From Dysidea avara (Eukaryota): a DNA stretch of 64,000 bases. Made by a program: the position numbers and the translations under genes. The notes below the pieces were generated by a model. The model was not told where the DNA came from. It did no database searches and saw only the letters and a program-made list of their open reading frames with translations. The stretch covers positions 27,793,151 to 27,857,150 of the forward strand of contig NC_089281.1 of assembly GCF_963678975.1 (NCBI RefSeq), read 5' to 3'. Shown here piece after piece: positions 1 through 13,600 of the stretch (the first letter of the stretch is position 1; each line of letters starts with the position of its first letter).

Positions 1-1030
1 TGGCTGTTGTATTAGAGTATCTCGAGTCAGACAAGGAGTGTGCATCTAGCTACACCAATAAGGTCTTGTTTTCTGCTATGTAAATAGCTAGATTGTGAAG
101 AGGTGTGGTCTCTGTACTCTATCGCTTTTGCATGGCATCGCCAGATAAATTGCGAACAGGATCCCAATCATGAAGTTGCAGATATCTAGCTAGTAAGGAC
201 TGAAGTGCTTCAAAAATCCATAACTCTGTGGTGTCTAAATATGCTACTGAAAGAAAGTGTTGATACGGAAAATTAATGCCTTGAAGTATTATTGTTTATC
301 CTCTAGGTAATCGGCATAAGTCGTTCTTCCTTACCAGATCAGTTGATACATATACAACACAAAGAGCAAAGTAGAAACAAATACAAAACACAGAACAAAA
401 AGTACATTAGTTCTAAAATAATAATAACTACACTACACATAAATAGCTACAAGCAGGACACGCACAAATTTAACACTCGTAATTACTTAAGTACACAGAT
501 TTGGCATAATTGACAAATACAGGACAAGTTAACTTTAAGTTACTAGGAAATGATGCTGTTGAATTGATATAAGTAGAGGCACTACAACAAAAATACTTCC
601 TAGTTCTGGAGAGTTTAGATCTACTAGGATTTGCAAAATAGTCACCACAAGAAGAAGACAAGCAGCTTGATTGGAGATAAAAGAAAAGACAAAGCGCAGA
701 GAGCCTACACTCATCGGAACCCCAAAAGGCACATCCCACTGGTGAGTTTGTTATTGTGGCATAAAATGGTGACCATGTGCTGCTTTGTTTAGGCTCTAGC
801 CTTGCAACTGTGGTCAGTGAGGTAGTAAGACTAAAATTCAAGTTTTGGCATTTTTAAAAAATTCTATATCCGCCACCTGTAAGTGTTTTGTTATATATTA
901 TATACCAGTACTATCCTGTAAAGGTGATTTTTGCCGTGTAAGATGTCCCTAGGGTGATTTTCAAAGGCAGAATTTTGGGCGGTGCATGAAATTTTAAAGG
1001 TGATCCCTACTTAAACAGTACTACTGTACC
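1..1030. mobile_element. Copy A of a ~1-kb non-coding dispersed repeat (window starts inside it). It is ~85-90% identical to 38080-38848 and carries a ~360-bp internal insertion (about 295-655) absent from copy B.
   Basis: Direct alignment by eye. Shared blocks include ...gttgtattagagtatctcgagtcag...ccaataagg...agctagattgt(g/t)aagaggtgtggtctctgta..., ...gaaagaaagtgttgatac(g/a)gaaaattaa..., ...ccccaaaaggcacatcc(c/g)actggtgagtttgttattgtggcataaaatggt..., ...ggccacctgtaagtgttttgttata..., ...ggcagaattttgggcgg.... ORFs 470-841 and 535-732 inside it have no recognisable content. Confidence 0.7.
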
Positions 1031-2395
1031 GTTTGATACTATAGTATTGTAATTGTGGACAATACCAGCAATCCACAATATCAGAATCCCATATAATTAT
1101 ACTACATTTAATACACTTGCACTATCAAACCATTATCTGAGCGATAAACATACCTCATAAAATGTACATTTTAACCTGCATTCTCCATGGTGAATTGGTT
1201 ATTATTCAACCAAGCTGAACTGTATGGCACAGTGGTGGATATAGGGACCACAGAAACTCATTTAGTTCAGTGGGCACTGGAGGAGAAGAAGGTGACAAAT
1301 TGCCCAAAAAACCAAGTGCTGAAAACAATGGAAACATATATAGCCTCAAGATTTATAGATTCATACAATTGTGAAAAAACCTGAAACATGTCTAATTGAT
1401 AAGTTGGAGTGGCTGCTCCAAATGCACCTTGTTCACTCTTGTAATTAACTGGCAAAAAACAGTCAGGTTAATCTGTTTAGTCAAAGAAGGTTAATTAAAA
1501 ACTCAGTTTAAAGACTTGTAGTTTTCATTGTTGTTGAATTGTGAAGATGGTATTATTATTAAACTAGTTATGGTTATATTTCGCATTCCAATCGCACAGT
1601 TGATTTGAAACTTAGTGGGCATGTAGCTACATTATTACACACTGAATTGTATCATATATGGCAGAGTTTACAGATGCAGTGATATCGTATAGCAACTGGT
1701 CGATAACTTATACGTATATGGAAAATATACGTGTGGTCAATAACAAATACCAGTGGTCGATATAATTCCTGTTTTTCCTGTTCAACAGCGCTGGTCAGGT
1801 TTATGAGAGGAAACAAAGGTATGTGGGTTACTTTATGGGCTGAATTTTCACAGCCTATAGCACAGTTCGACATTCTCCCTACCCTATAACTGACCCTGGC
1901 ACTATCCAGTGCCTTGTGAATAGCAGATTCAATGATTTCCAACATTCACCAAACTACCAAAGGAGTTGTTGATTACCAGGTCATTGCAGCTGGCAGAACC
2001 AGTGAATACTTGTGACTCCATCGATTTTGCAAAAACACTTCTTTAGACAACTTAGCTGCTGCATGCATGCAATGCAAAACCATATAAGTTTACATTCTAT
2101 TGTGTACTCAGACACTTCACTACACTCATCACAGTTGTATATACCCAGCCTGATCATTTCTAGTTCATATCAAAAAAGTATCAATGATTAACTGTAAATT
2201 AAACATTTAACGAATTTAAAATAACAGAAAATAACAGTCTTTCAAACAACTTCCAATTTATGGGGTTTAGTTTATCGGCAGAATCTTTGATGAAATGTGA
2301 ATCCAGTGATATACAAAATTTTGCATAGCAACGAGTGGAAAAGAAAAGAAAGAGCCTTGTATCGCAACCTTACACATCCAGGTAAAAAATAACAT

Positions 2396-3010
2396 GGTGA
2401 AAAACCTTGTTTTTCATGATAAAATGTAAAATGTTGCTGGGGATCAAATCACCACTGGGTCTGGGATTTTTTTCTCCATTCTTCACATTTTAGTTACATG
2501 TTTCTGACTCCCTGTATTCACAGGCTTTAAGCCTTTTTAGTGGGATAGCATTCACAGAACAAATGGCCTGGTGGATTCTTAATCAGTATGCTCCAACTCA
2601 TAGAATGAGACCAAGTATATAGGATAAGGGCACCCAGTGCACTTTTGAGGTTTGCATTGCAATACTGAGGTAACTAATTTTTCCAATAGAAAATTGTATG
2701 GAGCATGCATTATGGCAGAGTCAACTGTGAACAACTGCCAATATAACAATGTTACAACAAAAGTTCAATTTAAGGGCTTTGTTTTATGTATGGTTTGTCA
2801 GGCAAATTATGGATTCTAATGGGCACACTTCTGCATTTTTGTATATAACATAATATTTTGTGAATGCTATCCCACTAGGGACCTGTGAGAAGGCTAAAGC
2901 CTGTGAATACAGGGAGTCAGAAACATGTAACTGAAACGTTGAAGAATGCAGAAAAAAATCCCAGACCCAGTGGTGACTTGATCCCCAGCAACATGCAGTC
3001 TAGGCATGTG
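2396..3010. mobile_element. Foldback/MITE-like element: ~150-bp inverted arms (2396-2560 and 2870-3010) around a ~300-bp core; a partial extra arm copy at about 3075-3150.
   Basis: The left arm ...ggatcaaatcaccactgggtctgggatttttttctccattcttcacattttagttacatgtttctgactccctgtattcacaggctttaagcc... is the reverse complement of the right arm ...ggctaaagcctgtgaatacagggagtcagaaacatgtaactgaaacgttgaagaatgcagaaaaaaatcccagacccagtggtgacttgatcc.... Confidence 0.65.
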
Positions 3011-5260
3011 GCAAAGGAGCCACAACAGTTGGGATCTCTGCATTCAACCTGCACTTAAACATCTACTTCTTGCCAGCAAATGGTTTTATTCTGCGAATGC
3101 TGTCCTACTAGGGACCTGTCAGAAGGCTCAAGCCTGTGAATATATGTGGTATTTTCCATAGGGCAAAAACAATGGCTGTTGACAAGATTTTAAAACTGAT
3201 TAGTGGGACCAAGCTAAGACTACAAAAAGGACATGGCGTAGTTAGTGCTGTATTAAGTTGACAGTTTCCAATAGCCTTTTTTGATATGTTGACCCATACA
3301 CCAGGGTAATAATACATTGGGAACAAGTGCTAAAATAGCTAGTGTAACAATGTCATAACATAATGTACATACTGTCTCAAGTCAAGTACAGCAAGCTACC
3401 TGATAGCCCACGTTAATCTTAAGAAGCCAATAAGTAACCACAAACAGATTTGCGCCTTTCCATGAATAAATTAGTGGTAAAAGGAAAAGTAGCATAACTA
3501 GCTTTTTGAAAGGATTGCTGCAGCGATTTTGTGATATAAAGTGCTTATAACCAAGTATATAGAATGTGGTAAGCCACGAATCCATACACCGGTGTCCAGT
3601 TGCAATGATTCACTATGGCACTTGTATGTCTTCATTAATTAGTGGGCGCCTATTCTATTGCTGTTAACATGATAGGCTAAATAATTTTCCAAAACAATAT
3701 GCTAGGCGATCAAAATTTTGACTTATAACAGGTACAAAAATATCTCTACAACCCTATGGATCAGAGAATTGTCATGGATCGTAAATAAGATACCATGTTC
3801 TAATGATAGACTTTAATCCATACAGTTAGTAAGAATGATGAAACTAGGCCTTAGGAAAACTTCAAAGTCCAACTAGTGTGGTTGGCGTATTATTTCAGTA
3901 GAACAGTTCTGATTAAATTCCTTTGTAGCTCAGTACTGTGATAGTAGTGCCTAGGTTTGCTTGATAACTCAATCACTTACTATAATGCTATATCTTACAA
4001 TGGTACAGTGAAACAAAACAATTTCCTATCCTGTGAAAAACAAGATCCAATATTTGCACTGATGGGTTATGGGGTAGCCTCCACCTTAAACTCTGACCTT
4101 ATAAGCTTTCAAAATGAAGCTTCACAAATAAAATGTAATACTGGAAACTTGGTTATGAATACATTTTTACACTTTCGACTGAGTAGGCTGCCTCAAAGTT
4201 TATGTAATCAACAAATTAATTAAATAAATACTACATAAGGCTTGCAATAAAGTTGACCAGACCAAACTGAAGACTCCAGGTGCGTGCAACAACATTTGCT
4301 GCATTACATCATCATCCTACTCATTGCACACTGAATACCTTAAATCATGCACTTCAGTTGCAGACAAACACAGCTACAAATGAAAGCACTTTTGAAATCC
4401 AGATAGTTTTACTCTCATGCTGTTATAAGAGTAGCTTAGACTGTATAACTATATATACCATAATACACTAAGTTCACGATGTATACTCAGTGTAAATAAA
4501 TAAGGTGTCTGATCATGAAAACATGCTTCCGGCAGATACTCTTTGTGGTTTTAGAAGCTCTGACATTGGATTGTATCAACCATATATAGTAAATCTGATG
4601 CTTTAAACTAACTAACTAACTATAGAGCAAGATTCAGCTGCAGCTGTGATACTTGATTGCTATATTTCAATGTTTGAACAGTAAAGTGCTGCTGACAATT
4701 GTCACCGTGAAATTGGTTTGCAGGGTCACATGCCTGGTAAAGCACCACACCTCAGTTGTGGCATCCATGCAGTGTGCTCTCGATGGCCCATGAAAATCTG
4801 AGGGAGCAGATGATTATCATGTCCAGCTGTACTCATAACCACAGCAGGTCTCCAAGGTGAACAGCCTCTAATTGATGGAACAATGAAAGTATAAAGGAAG
4901 TTTTGATAGGTATTACAATGAATGTTGATACTGAAATGCATACAGTGGTAACATAGTTATTTTGCTACAATCAGTTGTCAATGCAACTATAGTAAACCTC
5001 CAACTCATGGAAGAGCTCAGGTATCATTTCTGTTGAAACCACAGAAACTCATAATATATGCCTTCTAGCTATACTTTTAGTGAAAGCCCATGTATTAGTG
5101 TAAGCTCAACTCTTTAATACTTAGGAGTGACATTGATAAATTAAAATGCAGTGCACAACTATTTGGTTGACTAGTCATTCTTATACAACACACTGTATCC
5201 ATGCAATTAACTAGTCTCACGTGGCCAGACCACTTTTTCTCCATGCAGCGTTTATCAATT

Positions 5261-5575
5261 GGAAATTATAAGCACCTGCTCCAAAAAGGGTCTGGAATGG
5301 TTAGCATAGGTAACTCGTTTAGCATAGGTAACACAAGATATGTTTACCCGTTAGGCATAGTGTCAGTCACTTTTGTCAGTAAATCCATGCCTCACTTCAA
5401 GTGGCACACGAAACAAGTGTTGAAAAAGATTTAGAACTCGAGTTGTGGGTCAAGTTGTGGACAAAGACTTGTTGGAATTCATTAACACCCTCCACAGTGG
5501 TTGGGGGTTAGAAACAAGTTGCCTATGCTCACTGTTTCAGATCCTTTTTTGGAGCAGGTGTTTATAATTTCCAAT
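5261..5575. mobile_element. MITE-like element with ~33-bp terminal inverted repeats.
   Basis: 5' end attggaaattataagcacctgctccaaaaaggg; 3' end cctttttttggagcaggtgtttataatttccaat (reverse complement of the 5' end). Internal sequence is non-coding. Confidence 0.6.
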
Positions 5576-5847
5576 CAAGAAGTACTGTGCTGAGAAAAAG
5601 CGATCAAGCCATGCAAGACTAGCAATTAACATTATTTATAACAGAATTTAGCTAATATATAACAGATCTGGATCACCCCTACATGCAACTAGTGATGTTA
5701 GAAACCACCTTGATAATCTATGCCAGGACACACAAACAATCTGCCATCCACTTGTCAACTCCCTGCCTCAAATATGATGCTTGGTTATAAGTGATGATAC
5801 TCTACATGACTACTTTACCAACATGAGTATAATATTCTATTAACCAC

Positions 5848-6115
5848 TCAAAAACAGCCAAGCTATAAAAAAATAGTGCGGCCTTCAAAAGCCTGGGTGA
5901 AAAAAGTTGTGAAATCAAAGATGGCGGCCAAGAAATGGCTGCAATGATGTTAATGCTAATAAATTTTAATAATGGCTGTGTCAGCATTGTTAAAATATAG
6001 TATCACTAACATCATTGCAGCCGTTTCTTGGTAGCCACCTTTGATTTCACAAATTTTTTCACCCAGACTTTTGAAGGCCGCACTTTTTTTTACAGCTTGG
6101 CTATTTTGAGTGGAT
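5848..6115. mobile_element. Foldback element with ~100-bp inverted arms.
   Basis: ...gccttcaaaagcctgggtgaaaaaagttgtgaaatcaaagatggcggccaagaaatggctgcaatgatgtta... is mirrored by ...taacatcattgcagccgtttcttggtagccacctttgatttcacaaattttttcacccagacttttgaaggc.... Confidence 0.6.
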
Positions 6116-6939
6116 TTTACTTCTTTTTGTATTTTCAAAATCAAGGCTTTGAGGCTTACTATTCCTTCTTATCTACAGATCATAACTGCTACAGGAACAA
6201 TGATGATCATACAAGTGATAGAGAAAATTACCTACTCATCCCGGACAGCTACCAACAAAGAGAGAAAACCATCAGTATTATTGATGATGAAAAAACAAAC
6301 AGTTGAGATAAGGGTGTCCTCGGACACATGCTACCAACTTTGCTTGTTCATGTATGTATGATGACCATAATATAAAGTTGTATTATATGTATTTATTTCC
6401 ACTATAGTGATTTATATGAAAATGAAGGTACGCATAATTGTAGGATATTTTATTTTGCAGTGATTGTTCTATTAGAGTATCTCGATTTTTCATCGTGCAA
6501 ACATGAAAATTAAGATGCAGTTGCTCAACTTTAAACAAAGCAAATCCTGCACCTTTTTTATTGGGATGTGATTTTCAGTCTGTTGTATCACAAGTTTTGC
6601 TAGCATAGCACTTATTATGATGATTATGATGATGATGATTGGTGAGAGTCGGTCATACTAGTCTGCTTGCAGACCACCTGGGGGCAAGACTAAGTTAATA
6701 CTACCAATATACCACTGATCGATACGAAAATGGCTCCGATTTGATGAAATAACTACTAGACTGAACCTCAAAGTGATACAACAATAGTATGGTGTTAATG
6801 CTCTAATAGAGTGCACAGTTTTGCTCTAATAGAACACACATAGAATGTTCTATATTAGATTTTCTATTGGTAGATCTAAGTTTTACTTATAGAGTAGATT
6901 TAAGCTAGAATTTTCATTTATAAGGTAGAAATTAAATGA

Positions 6940-7680
6940 AGTGATCAGCCAAGATAGCAGTGGTTCAGTGGTTAAGGATGCAGGTGTTAGGTATGAGGTC
7001 CTTGGTTCGAACTCTGGTAAGTTTTTATTATTTTCGACATTTTTTTGCACCTTTTTTCTGCTCTATTAGAGTATCTTGATCCCATGATTTTACACTCATT
7101 TGGTTTTGCTTTATAACTCTGTAGCTGTAAGTCTGTAGCCGTTCTAACCACCAAAAGGTACCGCTATGAAAATCAGCCTTTGTACACACGAATTTTTAAG
7201 TTATTCCTCTACTCAGTTTACCCTGTAGGCATGACAACAAATTGATTTTGTTTTATGTGAATAATTGGTCATAACTCATGAACTGCTCATCAAATTTGCA
7301 CAAAACTTGGTACTAGAATTCACCCTTAGACCTCTTTGAGTGTGCCAAGTTTCAAGGTGATCAGTTAACACATTTGTGTTTTATAGCAAATTTTCAAAGT
7401 GTACGAAAACACAAAGAAAGAAAAAAAACGAAGAAATCAAAATGAAATTTTGGCCACCCATATCTCGAAAATGGCTGGGGTGATTTCCTTAAAATTTGGT
7501 ATGTGGGGTAGCCTACCTGGTGGGCACCTCTGCAGTGAAACTGGTTTCAATCAGATGAGGGATCATGGAGCTACAAAGGTGTGAAAATCGCACTTTCTTT
7601 CTTCCTGTCAATACTCACAGTGTGGCGTGCTGGTTTCTTGGGCTGCACGACACACTACTGTGTGTCTTGATACAACATCA
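6940..7680 (+). mobile_element. tRNA-derived SINE-like element or 5' LINE fragment. It has a tRNA-like head (about 6950-7030, A-box-like TTCAGTGGTTAAGG and B-box GGTTCGAACTC). Its 3' ~120 bp (7560-7680) is homologous to 19010-18890 on the minus strand.
   Basis: Head gcagtggttcagtggttaaggatgcaggtgttaggtatgaggtccttggttcgaactctgg. It does not fold into a clean cloverleaf (T-stem mismatches), so it is not called a tRNA gene. Shared segment gagctacaaaggtgtgaaaatc(g/a)c(a/g)(c/t)tttctttcttcctgtcaata(t)actcacagtgtgg...cacactac(t/a)gtgtgtcttgat. Confidence 0.4.
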
Positions 7681-8174
7681 ATGTCATGTCCTGTACAAAA
7701 ACTCCTAGCTTGTCATATATTTTGACATACTACAGCAAACTAGCCAATAGAATTAGTATATCACTTGTACATTTGATATACACATCTGATTGGCTAAAAT
7801 TTTTTTGATATAGTTTAGCTGTTTTACCAGTTAAGCATGTCCGACTTGACAACTGCTGCTACCATAGTAACCAATACCTGTCACTCAGCAACAACAATGT
7901 TGCCTAGCAACCGTTGCTAGGCAACCACTACTAATTCTAAAAATATATTTTGACACTACAGTAACAATTGCTAAGCTACCACCAACTAGGTCAGGTTTTA
8001 CCTAGCAACAGTTGCTATGGATTGTTGGAACAATTTTCAAGAAGATTGCAGGCTGCAACACATGTGCATACTCCTTAAATATGCTAATCACAAGGAATTA
8101 CTTACTAGCACTAATAATGGTGTAGAAATTGCTGTTACTGCTTCCAGGTGGGAGACAATTAAGATGTTGTATTA

Positions 8175-8345
8175 ACACATAATATACTGCAGATATCATG
8201 GTATTCAAAATATATACCAAAAAAATATACATATTTAGGAAACGGTGCTATAGTGCATGGCTTCACCCCACACTATAACATCTTTTCTAAATTTGTATAT
8301 CTTTTAGTATATATTTTGAATTCCATGATATCTATAGTATAACAT
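8175..8345. repeat. Long hairpin/foldback (inverted arms of ~70 bp).
   Basis: gatatcatggtattcaaaatatatac ... gtatatattttgaattccatgatatc, with an outer extension tatactgcag.../...ctatagtata. Confidence 0.5.
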
Positions 8346-10029
8346 ATACTGTATGACAATTAAGGAATTTCATGCAGGAATACAATGAACTACCAGCATC
8401 TGGTAACAACATAATTTTTGTGCATTTGTAAAAACAGTAATTTTGAGACATGATTGTCATCACACACTCCAAATACAAACACACATTTGCATGCAGTACA
8501 CCGTTTTATTGTAACCACATTACAAAATGAGGTCATTACATCTTATTGATGACTATGATGAGAACAATCATAGACACAATCTGCATGTGATTTCAGATTT
8601 TCGGTTTACTAAATAATGATGACGTACTTTACAATAATGATTTCACATTAACACACACATTGACATGCACACAGTTGCTCAGCCTGCTGTGCTGGTGACG
8701 AGTGAACTCAGCAATAAATTCTGCTACTCCCATGGTTAAAGAAAAAAACCATAAACACACAGAGATCATCTATTCAATATTGTTGTTCAACAACTCTTAA
8801 TGACATGATTTTCTTTTCATCTGGCCAAGGGACGCTCAATAACCAATAGGAGTTTTGAACTCAGCCAAAGGAGTGGATAGATGTTTGCACTAGTGAACAG
8901 CCAGTATGAGATAAGCATGTAACCACATTTGCAAACTGAATCATGTCAACTGCTTGAATCATGTAGGACAGTACACACCCATGTGTATGTGGTTGCATGA
9001 TACATCAACAAAAGCTTTAAATCACAACAATATACCTGTGTATGGCTTCAGTATTCAGTGCTGAAGGATTTTAGTAATATCCATCAAAGAAATATCCATA
9101 AGGAAATATCCATCAAATTATTTAACTGTCTTTCATTCAGCTACTCAGAGATCTAGTTAGCAATGATTCTTGATCCAAGAAGAAATTGCTCCAAGTAATT
9201 TGCATTCCACTGTTAACATTGAACACTATTGATTATAATCTTTGCGCTATTGTTAAGGGGACCACAATTTCTAAAAATTCGATAGCTGGTAGCTATTCAA
9301 TAAAGGGCTGTGTAAATGTATGGCATATAATTCGTTATCAATTTTCAGTTCGTATATGACCATACCCACTTGTTTGATTGTGCAAACCTTGCACAAGATT
9401 TCACCTTTAGTAATTCTGCCGCATTGTTGTAGTCAACTTTTCGCTCATCATCCTTCAATCTTTGTAAAGCTTTAGAGTGTGCAGGAGTTTTACTAAGTAG
9501 CTATACTGTGTTAGCATGCACAAACTAAGTCAGAAGGAATTCACTTGAGTTTTCATGTATTTCTTTTCACCATTTTGGAACTTTAGAAGAGAAGCCAAGA
9601 ACACTTCACTTCTCCAAGAGTACTATTGTAAAACTGATGCAAATATTCTCGTATATAGTCTAATTGTCGTGTGTGGATGTGACGTTATTAGATTGCACCT
9701 TTATGGCTGAATAGCGGCTATATAAACAATGCAGAGCCGCACTTTTACAGTTTAAGAACTTTTTCACCAGGAAAAGAACTATTGAATTGTGCGTGTAGCA
9801 TGTGGATTAACAGTACAGAATAGAAGATAGAAAATTATGGGCCTACATTTTTGTACACTGATAAATCAGCAAAAAAGAAAGTGAAGAAAGAGCGCCTACC
9901 AATTAAGATATATGCTTCTAACAAGACCTTCTAGCTGTGAGGCATCTCACCAAAAGTATTGCTTGAAGCCTAGAAAAAAGAAACCACCTAACTATGGATA
10001 AATCATGTTCTCCCACAATAAATAAATAA

Positions 10030-10275
10030 ATACAAGAAGTAGAAAGAAAAATTAGGAATCTTAAGTTGGATTAGGGATGAAAAAAAGAAGTGAAACAATA
10101 AAGGAATAGCTAAACAGTTGTGAGGTTGTCCTATACCTGCAGTTACAGACTGAACTAGAATAAGGATTAAATATATCTGCAGGTAGAGACAACCCCTCTA
10201 GTTTCACAACTTTCCCTCTTGTTTCACTACTTTTTTGCTTTGGTTCCTAATCCAACTTAAAACTCCTACTACTTG
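10030..10275. mobile_element. MITE with a palindromic core (ctgcagttacagactgaactagaataaggattaaatatatctgcaggtagagac). Same family as 29490-29670, and possibly 45050-45585.
   Basis: TIR-like ends aaattaggaatcttaagttggattagggatgaaaaaaagaagtgaaacaa / ttgtttcactacttttttgctttggttcctaatccaacttaa. 29505-29560 carries the related ttagggatcatagcaaaagaagtagtgaaacaa. Confidence 0.55.
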
Positions 10276-10552
10276 TTTGTTTACTTCATATAAGCTAATT
10301 ACGACTATGAACTCATGGATACAAAGTGATGTCAAACAATGAATCAAACCCGTAGCTTTAATTATTAATGTACAAACTCAGCGTGAGTATCACGTATATA
10401 TTACAATAATTATTGCAGTTGACCTATGTAGTGATTACAAAATGATGATTTAGTCTGTCTTTGAAAATTTCAATGTCAGGTGATAAAACAATGTCCATTG
10501 GTAAAGCATTCCATTATCCATTGTCTATATAGTTATGCTTGGCTGGAGGCAC

Positions 10553-10600
10553 CAGTCAGTCAGTCAGTCAGTCAGTCAATCAGCCAGCCAGCTAATAGAA
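10553..10600. repeat. (CAGT)n / (CAGC)n microsatellite.
   Basis: cagtcagtcagtcagtcagtcagtcaatcagccagccagc. Confidence 0.9.
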
Positions 10601-13600
10601 AATTCAGCTAAAGTGCCAAGCTGCATTCATGAAGGAAAAGTGAGGCTGGTTTCTGGGTGATATTTTTGGACAAGAAAGCCCAAATCTCCATGATCCCTAG
10701 TGAATATACCGTACTGTATGATTCAGAAACTGCCTTGCCTCATGCTAAGGCACTCGGCATTTAGCTATTATTAATCATGCAGTTAGTTACCATATGCATA
10801 CATACATTGCTTGAGTGTGGGTATACAGACACAACAATTCACCAAAATTAATGGTATCTATAGCCTATATGTACACAATCACTACATAAATAACTTACTG
10901 CTGGTTTCTCTTCAGTTTAGCAAGCTTCTCTTGTGCTTTGCTTTTGTTTGGTGCTATCACTTTGAAAGCAGCCACTGCAAAAAAAAAATTATCGAAATTT
11001 ATCCATCATCAGCAACATTGAAGTTGTCATTTAACCTACTTCGCAAGTCTGGAATGTTTGGATCATCTGGAGATATCACCGGAAGCACCGACAACGTTAA
11101 GTGTTCCGAGCTACAATTGAACACAAATAGCGCATGACTAATTATGCGGATGATAATATGGCTACCGCGGCTACGAAACTTTACTGTGACCCCCCGGCAG
11201 TACGAACGGTATTGCATGTTGCTAAACTGACAGACCTGCAAAACACGTAGCCTTTTCCTTCCTTCGAATGTAGGAATATTATATCCCCAATGCGCAACGA
11301 TTGTTGTTGCTGCTCCCGCACAGCCATGAGCTACTAGCTACTAGGAGTCGCTGGAGTTTAGACTTTGACTGTCGTACACACCAGATGCTTGTTTCAAAGG
11401 ATGAAGCCAGAATTATTGAGGATTTCCCACGAAACTAAAGCGGAAAAACATGAGACATTGCACCACTTGTGATTCAACAGACTCTAGCCTGAGTTAATTA
11501 CAATGTGTGGGTTCCTCAGACAGCACTACTCATCAACCACTCATACTACTGCTCCAGCTTTACTTATTCTTAATTTACTAGGCAGGCAGCACAGCTGGTT
11601 TGCCCGCTAGGATATAAAATCAACAATATTACAGTGCATATGTTAGAGTATAAAGCTAGCTAATTGTGACATCAAGAGTTCTCCCTTACTTTTATTATGA
11701 ACTCTTGGTAACATTGATGCTGGACTCAATGAGTCAAACACGGATCCTGGAATGTATCTGTGTAAGCTATGCATTATAAAAGATGGGATTATGGGCCTGA
11801 TATTGGTGCTCCGTAAATAGATTCAGCTGACACCAAAGCCTGCAGGACATTACCCTTGGGCAATTGTCTGCTTGCATATTAGCAAGCATGTCTGTCCTCT
11901 TATTGTTTCCGGCTTGAGTGCTTCCTGAAAAAAAAACACATCGGTTAGTTTTCCTCTGCATTTTGGGGATAACCCACCCAATTTCCTCTGAAACAAAAGA
12001 GCACCGCCCATGTCACATTAACTATTTTGTAGTTAAAGGAAACAGGGGGGTTCAAAGGGTTCCATGGAACCCCCCTTTTGAAAGAGCCTCTTTTACTGGA
12101 GATACTCTAATAGAGCATGCAGTCAAGATCGAGATACTCTAATAGAACAGTCACAGTATTCTTAAGAGGAGCAGTGTAGCAGGCTACGTGTGGAGTTATA
12201 AAGAAAGTAATATAGTTGGTGAGGAGCAGCTATTGTCAGCAGGTGATGACTTTTTTTTTTAATTTTAGTCTTCGACTTAGGTGCACCTTTGACTTACAGC
12301 TAGGCTGAAGTTGCAATTCCAGAGTGGAACCCCCCTTTTAAAAATAAAGTCTGGATCCGCCCCTGGAAAGAAGAGATTGAGGAGGAGGGAAAGATAACGA
12401 CTCGCGAACTGTTTACTGCAAAAATACTGGAATGTCAGACTGGCCCCCCTTATAGACCTCTTTGAAGTGCACACCTAAATTATTGGAATGTGCTAGGCGG
12501 TTGGGTCAAAACCTGCATGACTAGTGTGACAATTTAATCCAGGCAAGCTCGTCCTGCTAGTTAACCCTGTTTAACCTGCTGTTAAACTTGTAATAAACAA
12601 TCAATAAGTTACAGTGCGGTCTAGCTACTCAACAACACTGAAACTCCATCATTGCATACAGCAGCTGCTACTCAGCTACCTGACTCCGGCCTACATCAGT
12701 TGGTCAGGGAACTAATAATGAACTGGACAAGAAAGTGAAGAAATGGTCAATAACTATATTGTCTTATAAGTTGGTGTCTAGCTAATACATACTGAGGATT
12801 TCCAAATCTTTGCAACACCTAAATATGTATGGCTGAATAAAGTTTTGCTGAATGAATCCACAAGTTTAATACACCATGCAGGCAAGGTGTTGGTAAACAA
12901 CTAACAATAGGGTTAGCTTGGTCACTATGCATTGTGGTATTCATTAGAAGGTATCAACAACAGGTTTGAGATGGTACCATATGTAGCAGCCTGCCTGTTC
13001 TAGATCATTCTGTGCTATAACAGGGAAGCAGTGGCAGCTAAGGAACAGCAGTATCACTATTATGTTTGCAGTGCTGGAAAAGTTTTATTGAGTTGATATT
13101 AAAGCTTAATACAGGAACTTATCAAGTATGAATCCTACTACAACATTATCATCAATCCCCATGGAGCTACAAGACCATCCATCCCAGGATGCCATCATGG
13201 AGATAATGTGGCTGTGGTAGGCATGCACTTTCAGCTGGCCATTTAGATGCTATTGTAGCAGCAAGTATATCTTATTTCTGAGTCACAACTACAGCAGTTT
13301 GTTTGGCTCCACAGCTGACAATCATGTATGTACGCTAATGCAGGTAAGTAGGGTACTATTAAGCTCTTTAGTTAGTTACAAGGCTTGGCACGCCACAGCC
13401 ACAAGCTTGTTGCCAAGGAGATCCAGCATAGGGAATCCACCATAGGGGAGACAGCAGACTGATAATACACCTGGACACTGCATGCATTTCATGGAAGATA
13501 GCATAAGAAATACATTCTGTAGAGGGGTTTAGCACAGGCTGAGATAACACCTCACTTCCTGTTTGAACAGGATGGTTAGTTCTGTGATGTGATAATTAAA

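Noticed and set aside
470-841. 123-aa and 65-aa ORFs inside the repeat at the window start.
   Set aside because: No recognisable protein features; one lies in the copy-A-specific insertion and both are in a non-coding repetitive element with no splice or codon-usage support.
6950-7030. Possible tRNA gene (A-box/B-box, GGTTCGAACTC).
   Set aside because: It cannot be folded into a canonical cloverleaf (T-stem mismatches, no clear anticodon arm) and lies at the head of a repeat. It is better explained as a tRNA-derived SINE head or pseudogene.
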